Source of the DNA: an uncultured Lyngbya sp.
GTDB taxonomy: Bacteria > Cyanobacteriota > Cyanobacteriia > Cyanobacteriales > Microcoleaceae
Length of the DNA: 64,000 nucleotides
NCBI GenBank assembly: GCA_964571155.1
Contig: CAZNCM010000001.1
Coordinates: 291-64,290 of the forward strand
Reading direction: 5' to 3'
The notes below the pieces were generated by a model that was given only the letters and a program-made list of their open reading frames with translations, was not told the DNA's origin and searched no databases. Of this stretch, positions 31,578 to 39,789 are shown piece after piece (the stretch's first letter is position 1; every line of letters starts with the position of its first letter). Position numbers and translations under genes: made by a program.

Positions 31578-32231
31578 TCAATTTAAACGGGGAAAATTGG
31601 CAGACCACCAAGCATACCAAGAAAACCAAGCTTTCTCTAAGACTTGATAAGCTGCTTCTGGGGAAGAATCTTCTAGAGGAATTGATAAATTTGCCCACAA
31701 ACATCCCCGTTGTCGTAGTTGTTTTTGTCCCAAAAACCAGGGAATAAAGCGATTCCATTCTAGGGTATAAATAGAATGATTTTGTCGATATTGTTTGCGA
31801 GTAAAGGTACTAATTCCCTTTGGATTAATACAAGCACTCAGATAAGCTTGATCTTGAGTAACGAAAAGCCCATAAAAACCAACTTGATTTTGCTGACGTA
31901 TCAAAGGTAATGAGGGAGGAAGCTGATATTTTTCAACCATTTTCTCTACATCTCCTCCTTTAAGATAGCGCATTTCAATATTTAGTTCTATATTATTTTG
32001 AACATATTGATAGCGTTGATCGGGTGGTTTAAATAGGGATTCTTTTTCGGTTTTTGTTCGAGTAGAACTAGCAATATTCCACTCAGATAATGGCACTGAT
32101 TCGGGTAAATTTATAGTTACTTTGCTCAGGATTTGAGTAGAAGATGCAAACAAAACTCGGGCTAAAACTAAGATCACAAAGCTACCCGTAAAGGCTAACA
32201 GAGGAGTTCGTAATTGATGCCAAAACTTCAT
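31578..32231 (-). CDS. Cyanoexosortase A system-associated protein
   Basis: N-terminal TM, LPESVPL..W, AYLSACINPKG, CLW, LEKAW..WY.WW; overlaps exosortase stop. Confidence 0.82.
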   Translation of the reverse strand: MKFWHQLRTPLLAFTGSFVILVLARVLFASSTQILSKVTINLPESVPLSEWNIASSTRTKTEKESLFKPPDQRYQYVQNNIELNIEMRYLKGGDVEKMVEKYQLPPSLPLIRQQNQVGFYGLFVTQDQAYLSACINPKGISTFTRKQYRQNHSIYTLEWNRFIPWFLGQKQLRQRGCLWANLSIPLEDSSPEAAYQVLEKAWFSWYAWWSANFPRLN

Positions 32232-33106
32232 ACTTCATAACCCTCCGTTGTCTCTTGGGGTTTGTGATCGTTGTGTTGTAATAAAAACCAGCAAAATAAC
32301 CCAAACAGCAACACAGCTATAATCGAAAAAACAAATGAACCATCGCGATGATGCCAATACTCAAAAGCTTCTGTATTATTCTGTGCAACTAAAATAGCCA
32401 ACAACATGACCCGAAATCCATTCACCAAAAATCCTATACTTAAAGCCACAATGGGTACAAAAATTTTCTGTATCCAATTGGTTGGAAACATCAGCAGAAA
32501 CAGTAGCGCTAAACCTGACAAATGAATCATGGTTTCGATACCTGAACACCCCGGATAAACTTCTACAGTTCCGGTTGGTAAGCTGATATATACTCCATTA
32601 AGTTTGGCTTCAAAACCGGAATACCACAATATAAATGCAGAAAATTTTGCTGTAATGGGTGAAATATCAACAATCCAGGGTTCTAACAGGCGAGGAGCAC
32701 CAATAAAAAACAGAGCAACTAACTCAGTCCAATATTGTTTTAATCCCTGAAAACCAGAAGCCAGTAACCCTAATCCTAAACCGGATAGAACGGGAATTAA
32801 ATCAAAGAAGTTTCCCCCTAAAGGAATAGAAGCACTTCTTATCAAAATAACAGCAATTAGCAAAAAACCAACTAGACTCGCAAACACTCCGCTTTCGAGT
32901 TTCAAGTCATCGCGCCTTTGCCAAACCAGTGATGCAACAGCAGACCAAAATAAAATACTGGTGCCGATTGTATTGGGATTATCTGCTCTCCAAACTAACG
33001 TCAGATGAATCGCCATCAAGCCCGAACCAATGGTTAAAAGCCAGAATGGAGAGGTTTTGAGGCGTTGAAATAATACAGGAGAAGTTGCATTCATAGCCAT
33101 CAGCAT
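32228..33106 (-). CDS. crtA: Cyanoexosortase A (exosortase/EpsH family transpeptidase; symbol unrelated to carotenoid crtA)
   Basis: Polytopic; catalytic V..GCSG (Cys), VNGFRV (Arg), FEYWH (His). Confidence 0.9.
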   Translation of the reverse strand: MLMAMNATSPVLFQRLKTSPFWLLTIGSGLMAIHLTLVWRADNPNTIGTSILFWSAVASLVWQRRDDLKLESGVFASLVGFLLIAVILIRSASIPLGGNFFDLIPVLSGLGLGLLASGFQGLKQYWTELVALFFIGAPRLLEPWIVDISPITAKFSAFILWYSGFEAKLNGVYISLPTGTVEVYPGCSGIETMIHLSGLALLFLLMFPTNWIQKIFVPIVALSIGFLVNGFRVMLLAILVAQNNTEAFEYWHHRDGSFVFSIIAVLLFGLFCWFLLQHNDHKPQETTEGYEV

Positions 33107-33113
33107 TTATAGC

Positions 33114-33152
33114 AAGAAAACCCCCTCACTGAGAGAGGATGAAGGGGTTCTT
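33114..33152 (-). terminator. Rho-independent terminator after first PEP-CTERM gene
   Basis: AAGAAAACCCCCTCA...TGAAGGGGTTCTT imperfect stem; U-rich tail on minus strand. Confidence 0.55.
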
Positions 33153-33173
33153 CAAGGTGATTTTGCAAATCAA

Positions 33174-33860
33174 TTAGGCATCGGACTTAACTTTGTTTTG
33201 ACGCTTGTCGTGTTGTTTTTTCATCAGAGTTCCAGCGCCGAGAGCAGATAAAGAACCCAAGATAGTAAAGGGTTCGGGAATGGGTTCTGCTCTTAGAGTA
33301 ATTTCGTAGCTATTTGAGCTACCTGATCGGGATGCACTCAAACTACCTTTACCGATTGTGCTACCACCATAGATAAACGTTCCTGTAACTTCGCTCAAGT
33401 TAATTACATTGAAACTATTGCTACTAAAATAGTTTCTTTGAGCTGTCCCCGGATTAAGAATAAAGCTCAGTGATTGCACTCCTGTTCCAAATAGATCGCG
33501 ATTTCCAAAATTAATAAATGGGTTGCTTGACGCTTCAAATTGATAAAAAGTTGTAGTAACACCAGACGAAAAACTGACCGGACCAAAAGTTCGATTTAGG
33601 TTCAAGGTTGAGATCGAATTTACATTTAAACCCCCTAAACTTGTAAAGTCGCCTGAAGCGTCATCTTCTACTCGATTAGATCTGAAACTCAATGTATCTT
33701 GCAGTGGAGAAGCTTGATTGGGTTTTCCAAAAATAGCCGTACCTGTAATACTTAAGCTACCTTTCAAGGATAATGCTTCGGCAGGAGCAACCATTGATAT
33801 AGTCGCAGTCATTGCTACTGTAGCGACTGATAATGTTTTCAGAACAGATGAAACTGTCAT
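33174..33860 (-). CDS. PEP-CTERM sorting domain protein
   Basis: Signal peptide ending AEA; Ser/Thr/Gly-rich; IPEPFTILGSLSALGAGTLMKKQ. Confidence 0.92.
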   Translation of the reverse strand: MTVSSVLKTLSVATVAMTATISMVAPAEALSLKGSLSITGTAIFGKPNQASPLQDTLSFRSNRVEDDASGDFTSLGGLNVNSISTLNLNRTFGPVSFSSGVTTTFYQFEASSNPFINFGNRDLFGTGVQSLSFILNPGTAQRNYFSSNSFNVINLSEVTGTFIYGGSTIGKGSLSASRSGSSNSYEITLRAEPIPEPFTILGSLSALGAGTLMKKQHDKRQNKVKSDA

Positions 33861-34190
33861 AACACAAGTTCCCTAAAAAATCGTTGTTTACATTAGAAAG
33901 ACGTCAGTAAAATCATTACTTCACCGATGAAATTACAAAAAAGTTGTGACTTCAAAGGTGGCTGGGTTTCAACAATGTAGCTTTGGTAGTGTTCCCTTAT
34001 TGTCAAAAAACTGTTGATTACAGGCTTCAGAGCCAAATTTAATCCTTAACTTGTTGTGTTTATGGCTTGACCCTACCGTAAACTCTGAAGCCTGATCATT
34101 ACTCCTCTTTTTTAACCTCCGAATTCTTCTCGGAGTTGAAGGTATAGTTACTGATTAAACTTAACCGTATATTTACGAAGTTAAATCATT

Positions 34191-34307
34191 ACTCCCTTTT
34201 TCCAAACTTGGAATACTTCTCCGGATTTACCACTATAGCTTTACAGACTCTTTATATTTTGTATCCTGAACTGGAGTCTAACTTTAAAAAACCCCACCTT
34301 TTGTGAA
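34191..34307 (-). promoter_or_regulatory. Paired boxes + TCCGGA + GGAGT element upstream of PEP-CTERM gene 1
   Basis: Boxes start 34283 and 34240 (43 bp apart), TCCGGA 34220-34225 (14-bp gap), minus-strand GGAGT at 34195-34191 (24-bp gap). Confidence 0.6.
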
Positions 34308-34532
34308 ATTTGGGAAAGTTTCAGTCTTTTTAAGAACACTTAAAAATTGGAAAACGATGAGCATAACTTCTGCCACAAAATCAGCGACCGCATCTCTAAA
34401 AATAGAAAATTCGCGATCGCCGAAATCATGGGAAAATGGGAAAGCGCTTTACCTCTTTTTTTTATTCAAGTTGATGAGATAATTTGGGTCGTTGAAATCA
34501 ACAGATCGAGGGTTAAATAACGAGAGTAAAAT

Positions 34533-35159
34533 CTAGCTCTTTTTCTGCTGTTTTTTCTTCAGTACCGCACCCATTCCGAGAGCAGATAAAGAACCCAGGA
34601 TGGTTAAGGGTTCGGGAACAGGTTCAACTTCAATAGAGCTGAGGAAGTAGTCATCGTTATTGTCTGCGACAGTGAATCCTAAAACAGAACCAGTTCTGTT
34701 AGGTCGCGCAAATGAGGTAAAGTTAAAGGTTCCAGTACCGGAATCAAGAATATTTCCACCCGGAATATCTGCACTCACTAACTGATTTCCATTAACCAGG
34801 AGTCGGAAGTCATCGTTAAAGCCAACTCGCGAAAAGGTTGCAGAAACCAAACTAATTTGTTTGTTGAAGGATAATTGGAGAGTTTCGTCAGCTCCTAATC
34901 CATCGGTTTGTAAGGAATCACCCAAACCTCCAAAAACACCCAAACCAACAGGCACTTGCGAAACCAGACGGGAACCATTTGTAGCCGCTCCAGTAGCTGT
35001 TACATTGATACCACCCTGAGAGAAGTTCAGAGAGGGTGCGAAGTCCAATCCTGCAAAGTTGAATGTAACAGCTTCGGCAGCTTGTCCTCCTGCGAGAGTA
35101 ACAACAGTTGCACCAGTCGCCGCCATCAGAGCTTTTTTCACGAAATTTGCAGTGATCAT
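34533..35159 (-). CDS. PEP-CTERM sorting domain protein
   Basis: Signal peptide ending AEA; VPEPLTILGSLSALGMGAVLKKK. Confidence 0.92.
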   Translation of the reverse strand: MITANFVKKALMAATGATVVTLAGGQAAEAVTFNFAGLDFAPSLNFSQGGINVTATGAATNGSRLVSQVPVGLGVFGGLGDSLQTDGLGADETLQLSFNKQISLVSATFSRVGFNDDFRLLVNGNQLVSADIPGGNILDSGTGTFNFTSFARPNRTGSVLGFTVADNNDDYFLSSIEVEPVPEPLTILGSLSALGMGAVLKKKQQKKS

Positions 35160-35277
35160 TTAAGAAGTTTCTCCAAAAATTGAGTGTGACCATAGAGACA
35201 CCCAGATGTTTTTTGTTTCAAATAATACTTTTGAGTTGGGTACCCAAGCGTGATTTGCGAATTGATATTCACTTCAG

Positions 35278-35396
35278 TCGCCTCAATTTACAGCGTTTTT
35301 AAAAAGATTCAGGAAGCAACCCCTGTTTTTTACATTTCTAGGGGATTTGTGAAGTCGTTACAGCGTTCAGCTTTAAAAAACCCCCCCTTTTGTAAA
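35278..35396 (-). promoter_or_regulatory. Paired boxes + TCAGGA element upstream of PEP-CTERM gene 2
   Basis: Boxes 35329-35353 and 35372-35396 (43 bp apart), TCAGGA 35309-35314 (14-bp gap). Confidence 0.62.
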
Positions 35397-35484
35397 GATT
35401 AAGTTGATCCCCAAAAAATAATCGCCTCAATTCCCAGAGAATCAAAGCGATCGCGTGTTAAAACTATTCTAGAAGCGATGAGAT

Positions 35485-36249
35485 TTAATCTCGGTTCTGG
35501 TCTTGGGAATGCTGCTTTTTGAAAAGCGCCCCCAATCCTAATGCAACTAACGAACCTAAAATCGTCATCGGTTCAGGAACAGATTGAATTTCTACATTGT
35601 CCACTAACAAACCCGAGGGGAAGAAATCATTACTATCATCCACATCGACAACCCCAATTCCTAATAGATAAGTTCCTCCTTGAGTGAAGGTATAGGAAAA
35701 GGTTTTGTATCCGGTTTCTGTATCAAAGATGGTATTCGACGGATTGGCCAAATTAGAAGTATCGGCAATTTTTAGGACTGTACCTCCAATGGATACAAAA
35801 GCCAAGTCATTGAAGGTTGTTGGCTGATCATCAAATACAGTTTCATTAGAGAGGAAATTCCAAGAAAAGCTGAGAGTTTCTCCCTGTCGAACAGTGAATG
35901 TTTGTTTGATTGCTGAACCTTCAACAACGTTAGCCGATAACAGAGTATCTAGACTCCCCAGAGATAAATCTAAGAAAGATTCCAAATTGGTATCTGTAAC
36001 CGAACCGTATTTACTGGTGATTAAGGCTTGAAACTCCCCGTCAGTCGGGGTTACACCATAGGTTCTTGTGACAATATTATTGTCGCCAATGGACATCCAT
36101 TCTGTAGAAAAATCACCCGTCTCAAAACTACCGTTGAGGACGATAGCTTGAGCCGAACTCTCCAATCCGAATAGGGCGGCGAAACTCATTAAACTAGCAA
36201 CACCTGCGGTTAGAGTTGAGTGGTAGATAGAAGCGATGGGATTGAACAT
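35485..36249 (-). CDS. PEP-CTERM sorting domain protein (start reassigned to ATG 36249)
   Basis: GGAG RBS; signal ending AQA; NGSFETGDF beta-sandwich motif; VPEPMTILGSLVALGLGALFKKQ. Confidence 0.9.
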   Translation of the reverse strand: MFNPIASIYHSTLTAGVASLMSFAALFGLESSAQAIVLNGSFETGDFSTEWMSIGDNNIVTRTYGVTPTDGEFQALITSKYGSVTDTNLESFLDLSLGSLDTLLSANVVEGSAIKQTFTVRQGETLSFSWNFLSNETVFDDQPTTFNDLAFVSIGGTVLKIADTSNLANPSNTIFDTETGYKTFSYTFTQGGTYLLGIGVVDVDDSNDFFPSGLLVDNVEIQSVPEPMTILGSLVALGLGALFKKQHSQDQNRD

Positions 36250-36677
36250 GAAATTGATTTCTCCATGAGTTGAATCCAAACTTTGGAGCTGTTGTCAAAA
36301 GCAATTGCTTATGGGGTGACTCAGAAAGAGGGGGATCGGATTAAATTCAACAGATGAATGGGAGTTTGTTGAGAAAATCCTTACTCTGTTATTCGGAGTA
36401 GAGATTTAATCCAGCACTCAAATCATTCTGGTTCATTTTACAGAATGTGAGAATTTTCTCAGGAAAAATTCGAGTGAATTTACGCGATCTTATTACTTTA
36501 TTGGTAAAATAATAAATTGCCTTTAAATAACCTCCTCTTAATCCAAAGTCGAGTCAAAATTTAACTCAGATCAGAGCAATTCGTCTTCCTCTGATCGACA
36601 GATACCAAACCCAGAATCAATCTTTACTCCCCGATCTAACTTAACATCGGTTACTATAATCGTAAAACAGCAAATCT

Positions 36678-37361
36678 ATGAAGTGGTTTCAGCGCACACA
36701 ATCACCCTACCATTGGATTATCTGGGCTGGCTCAATTCTGCTTCTATTTCTGATCAGCATTATTCCAGTCCAACTGGCGATCGCTCACTATCAAGCTCCC
36801 GAACCCCAAGCCATTCTCACCCTGGGGGGAGGATCAGATCGAGAACTGTTTACCGCTCAATTCGCCCAAGATCACCCCGACTTAGACATTTGGGTGTCAT
36901 CTGGAATTCCCCGTGAACCTGCAATGGATATTTTTCGCGCCGCAGGAGTCCCGGATCGTCGGGTTCACCTCGATTATCTCGCCGTTGATACGGTAACAAA
37001 TTTTACATCAATGGTCGATGAGTTCAAACAACGGAATATCCAACATATTTACTTAATTACCTCAGATTTTCATCTCCCTCGCTCCCAAGCGATCGCCACG
37101 ATTGTACTTGGAAGTCAAGGAATCACCTTTACTCCAGTTGCTGTTCCTTCTCCTGAACAAGAAGAATCCTCCTTGCGAATCTGGCGGGATATGGGACGTT
37201 CGATTTTGTGGGTGATCACAGGGCGAACCGGAGCAAGTCTTAACCCTAGAGTAGCAATGACTCATGCGTTTAAACCAATACACCACTGGAACCTACACTC
37301 CCGGCGCACCACTATTTCCACAACTGCTGTGGTTCTTTCTCGGCGATCCCCTCGTTCGTAG
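36678..37361 (+). CDS. YdcF/DUF218 family protein
   Basis: N-terminal TM, ILTLGG...RE, AVDTVTNF, LITSDFHLPRS. Confidence 0.85.
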   Translation: MKWFQRTQSPYHWIIWAGSILLLFLISIIPVQLAIAHYQAPEPQAILTLGGGSDRELFTAQFAQDHPDLDIWVSSGIPREPAMDIFRAAGVPDRRVHLDYLAVDTVTNFTSMVDEFKQRNIQHIYLITSDFHLPRSQAIATIVLGSQGITFTPVAVPSPEQEESSLRIWRDMGRSILWVITGRTGASLNPRVAMTHAFKPIHHWNLHSRRTTISTTAVVLSRRSPRS

Positions 37362-37878
37362 CCGACTCCTCCCATTTTCAGGCTTGAAAGTCTTAATTTT
37401 GCGTTGGTTTGGTGCAAAAATCGGTCAAGGCGTACGGATTAAGCCCGGAGTTCGGATCAAATTTCCCTGGCGTTTAACCGTTGGGGATCATGTTTGGATT
37501 GGTGAAAATGCCTGGATTGATAATTTAGCCCTTGTGACGATTGAAAGTCACGTTTGTCTGTCTCAGGATGTCTATCTGTGTACGGGAAACCATGATTGGA
37601 GTGATCCCCATTTTCAACTGATCACCGCCGAAATTTATATTGAACAAAGGAGTTGGATAGCAGCCCGAGCCGTTATTGGGCCAGGAGTCCGAGTCGCTCA
37701 GGGTGCAATTTTAGGGCTAGGAAGTGTAACCGGACATTCTCTCGAAGCCATGACCATTTATGCCGGAAATCCCGCTCAACCGATTAAAAAACGAACAATT
37801 CGAGAAACTGTTCCAGAAATGATTCAAAACACTTCCGAATCTCTCACCCCCAATTCCAAATTCTCTGTTGCTGAGTAA
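37264..37878 (+). CDS. wcaF: WcaF/HpsU-like hexapeptide-repeat acetyltransferase
   Basis: LRWFGAKIG, KFPWRLTVGD, LCTGNHDW, YAGNPA. Confidence 0.85.
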   Translation: MRLNQYTTGTYTPGAPLFPQLLWFFLGDPLVRSRLLPFSGLKVLILRWFGAKIGQGVRIKPGVRIKFPWRLTVGDHVWIGENAWIDNLALVTIESHVCLSQDVYLCTGNHDWSDPHFQLITAEIYIEQRSWIAARAVIGPGVRVAQGAILGLGSVTGHSLEAMTIYAGNPAQPIKKRTIRETVPEMIQNTSESLTPNSKFSVAE

Positions 37879-37953
37879 TCCGGATATGAAATGACAATTT
37901 GGTATAGAGGAATGGAAATCGCGCAACCTTGACACTCTTCATTTCCCCACACT

Positions 37954-39009
37954 ATGGTATTTTTTTATCCTTATGGGGTTGCCTTCATTCTTTCTATCCT
38001 TATTGTTCTCTTAAGTACACCGCTTGTTCGATCAATCGGTCTGAATACTGGATATTTTGATTATCCTGGAGAACGGAAAATTCACGACAAGCCTATTGTT
38101 CGTTTGGGTGGAATTGCAATCTGTTTGGCAACCCTAAGTAGCTGTTTAATTGTTGGATTATTTGATGATTTCACCCGTTTACCTCCTGTCAAAATCTTAG
38201 AATTTTGGGGAGTTATTGTCGGAGGATTCTTATTTTTTCTGATTGGATTAACCGATGATTTATCCGATTTATCTCCCTTTACCCGATTAGGATTACAATT
38301 TGGCGTTGCCAGTTTAGTCTGGGTTGTTGGAGTTCGGATTGAATTTCTACCCATTCCCGGATTAGGATTGATCCCTTTAGGTCTTTTGAGTTTACCGATC
38401 ACTATTATTTGGTTAGCCGGAGTTGTCAATGCTATTAACTGGATGGATGGTTTAGATGGACTCGCCGCAGGAATCTCGGGAATTTCAGCTTGTATCATAT
38501 TGGTGATTTGTTTATCCATCAATCAATCCGCCGCCGCTTTAATTGCTGTTGCTTTAGCTACTGCAACTCTAGGATTTCTTCGCTATAACTTTAACCCCGC
38601 TCAAATTTTTATGGGAGATGGAGGGTCTTATTTTATCGGATTTACACTCGCGAGTTTGGCTGTGATTGGATTGATGAAAACCTCTGATTTTAGTCTCGTT
38701 ATTCTTCCCTTTGTGATTTTAGCAGTTCCTATTTTAGATATGTTAGTCGTGATTATCGCTCGACTTTCCGATGGTAAATCCCCTTTTTATGCGGATCGAC
38801 GTCATTTGCATCACCGACTACTCAATCGAGGTTTATCCCAACGATTAACCGTTCTGTATATCTATACTTTAACATTTTGGGTTGGATGTTTGGCTCTGGC
38901 AATTATTGGGGTTCCAGGTGGGATCTTCTATGGGATCGGAGCCACCGGATTACTCCTTTATATGAGTCTAAATTTGGGGAAGAAAAAACAGCTTACTTCA
39001 GTTGATTAA
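37954..39009 (+). CDS. WecA/MraY-family undecaprenyl-phosphate sugar-1-phosphate transferase
   Basis: RKIH...RLGG, GLTDD, NAINWMDGLDGLA, IFMGDGG, DRRHLHH. Confidence 0.9.
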   Translation: MVFFYPYGVAFILSILIVLLSTPLVRSIGLNTGYFDYPGERKIHDKPIVRLGGIAICLATLSSCLIVGLFDDFTRLPPVKILEFWGVIVGGFLFFLIGLTDDLSDLSPFTRLGLQFGVASLVWVVGVRIEFLPIPGLGLIPLGLLSLPITIIWLAGVVNAINWMDGLDGLAAGISGISACIILVICLSINQSAAALIAVALATATLGFLRYNFNPAQIFMGDGGSYFIGFTLASLAVIGLMKTSDFSLVILPFVILAVPILDMLVVIIARLSDGKSPFYADRRHLHHRLLNRGLSQRLTVLYIYTLTFWVGCLALAIIGVPGGIFYGIGATGLLLYMSLNLGKKKQLTSVD

Positions 39010-39077
39010 TCATCATTTAGACTTTCCTAACTTCAAATAAAGTTCATGGGATTGTGATTACGGATATCTAATTAATC

Positions 39078-39137
39078 ATCCTCTTTAGACACCTCAAACC
39101 TAATCAGTGGGATGATAGAGGATTTATTTTTTTTTTT
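39078..39137 (+). terminator. Probable terminator after WecA-like gene
   Basis: ATCCTCT...AGAGGAT arms followed by a long T-run. Confidence 0.4.
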
Positions 39138-39789
39138 CACAAAATGGAGGGTGTTTTTACAAAAGCTTTACATAAAATTAGGAGAACTTTACAAAAACCC
39201 CTGTAACTTTTTTGAGAAAAGAGACTACGATCATGAGAGTTAAAGCAACTGCTTAGGCTTGTGGACTAAACTGAGTGAATGCGGCTAAGTTATAAGCATT
39301 GTACAGATTGATGAAATAGCTATTTCCCCAGGGCTTTCTATCTTTCCTTAAATTTATATTGATTACTTGCTGAACCTCAAGCAATAGATAAAGTCAGATC
39401 AGTTAATCTTCTATTTCCCAGGTGTTCAGTTAAATATTTCTATGGAGTTGTTTAAAAAAATAATTGACTTTCTCTATCCTTCGACTGAATTAAATTTTCG
39501 CAATTTTCAGTAAACCATTCATTTTAAGTTGATAGTCAATGTTATGAGTCTATCTCTCGATAGATATTTTCATCATTAAGTTAAAAATAAGTTCAATATA
39601 AAAATTGTTATAAAATATACTGTTTAAGCTCGAAAAAGCCGATCCAAAATGGATTCTATTTTTTATAAAAAAGTCATTAAAATCTTTTCATAAAACCTTC
39701 GACAATTCCGGATATTTGTTTCAGTTCTTGTAAAAAGGGTTAACAATTGATTGCATCCAATTTAGCTAAATCTATCTAAGCTTTTAGTT

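Noticed and set aside
35236-35247. Palindrome TTGGGTACCCAA in the PEP-CTERM 2 leader
   Set aside because: Single occurrence with no second copy seen
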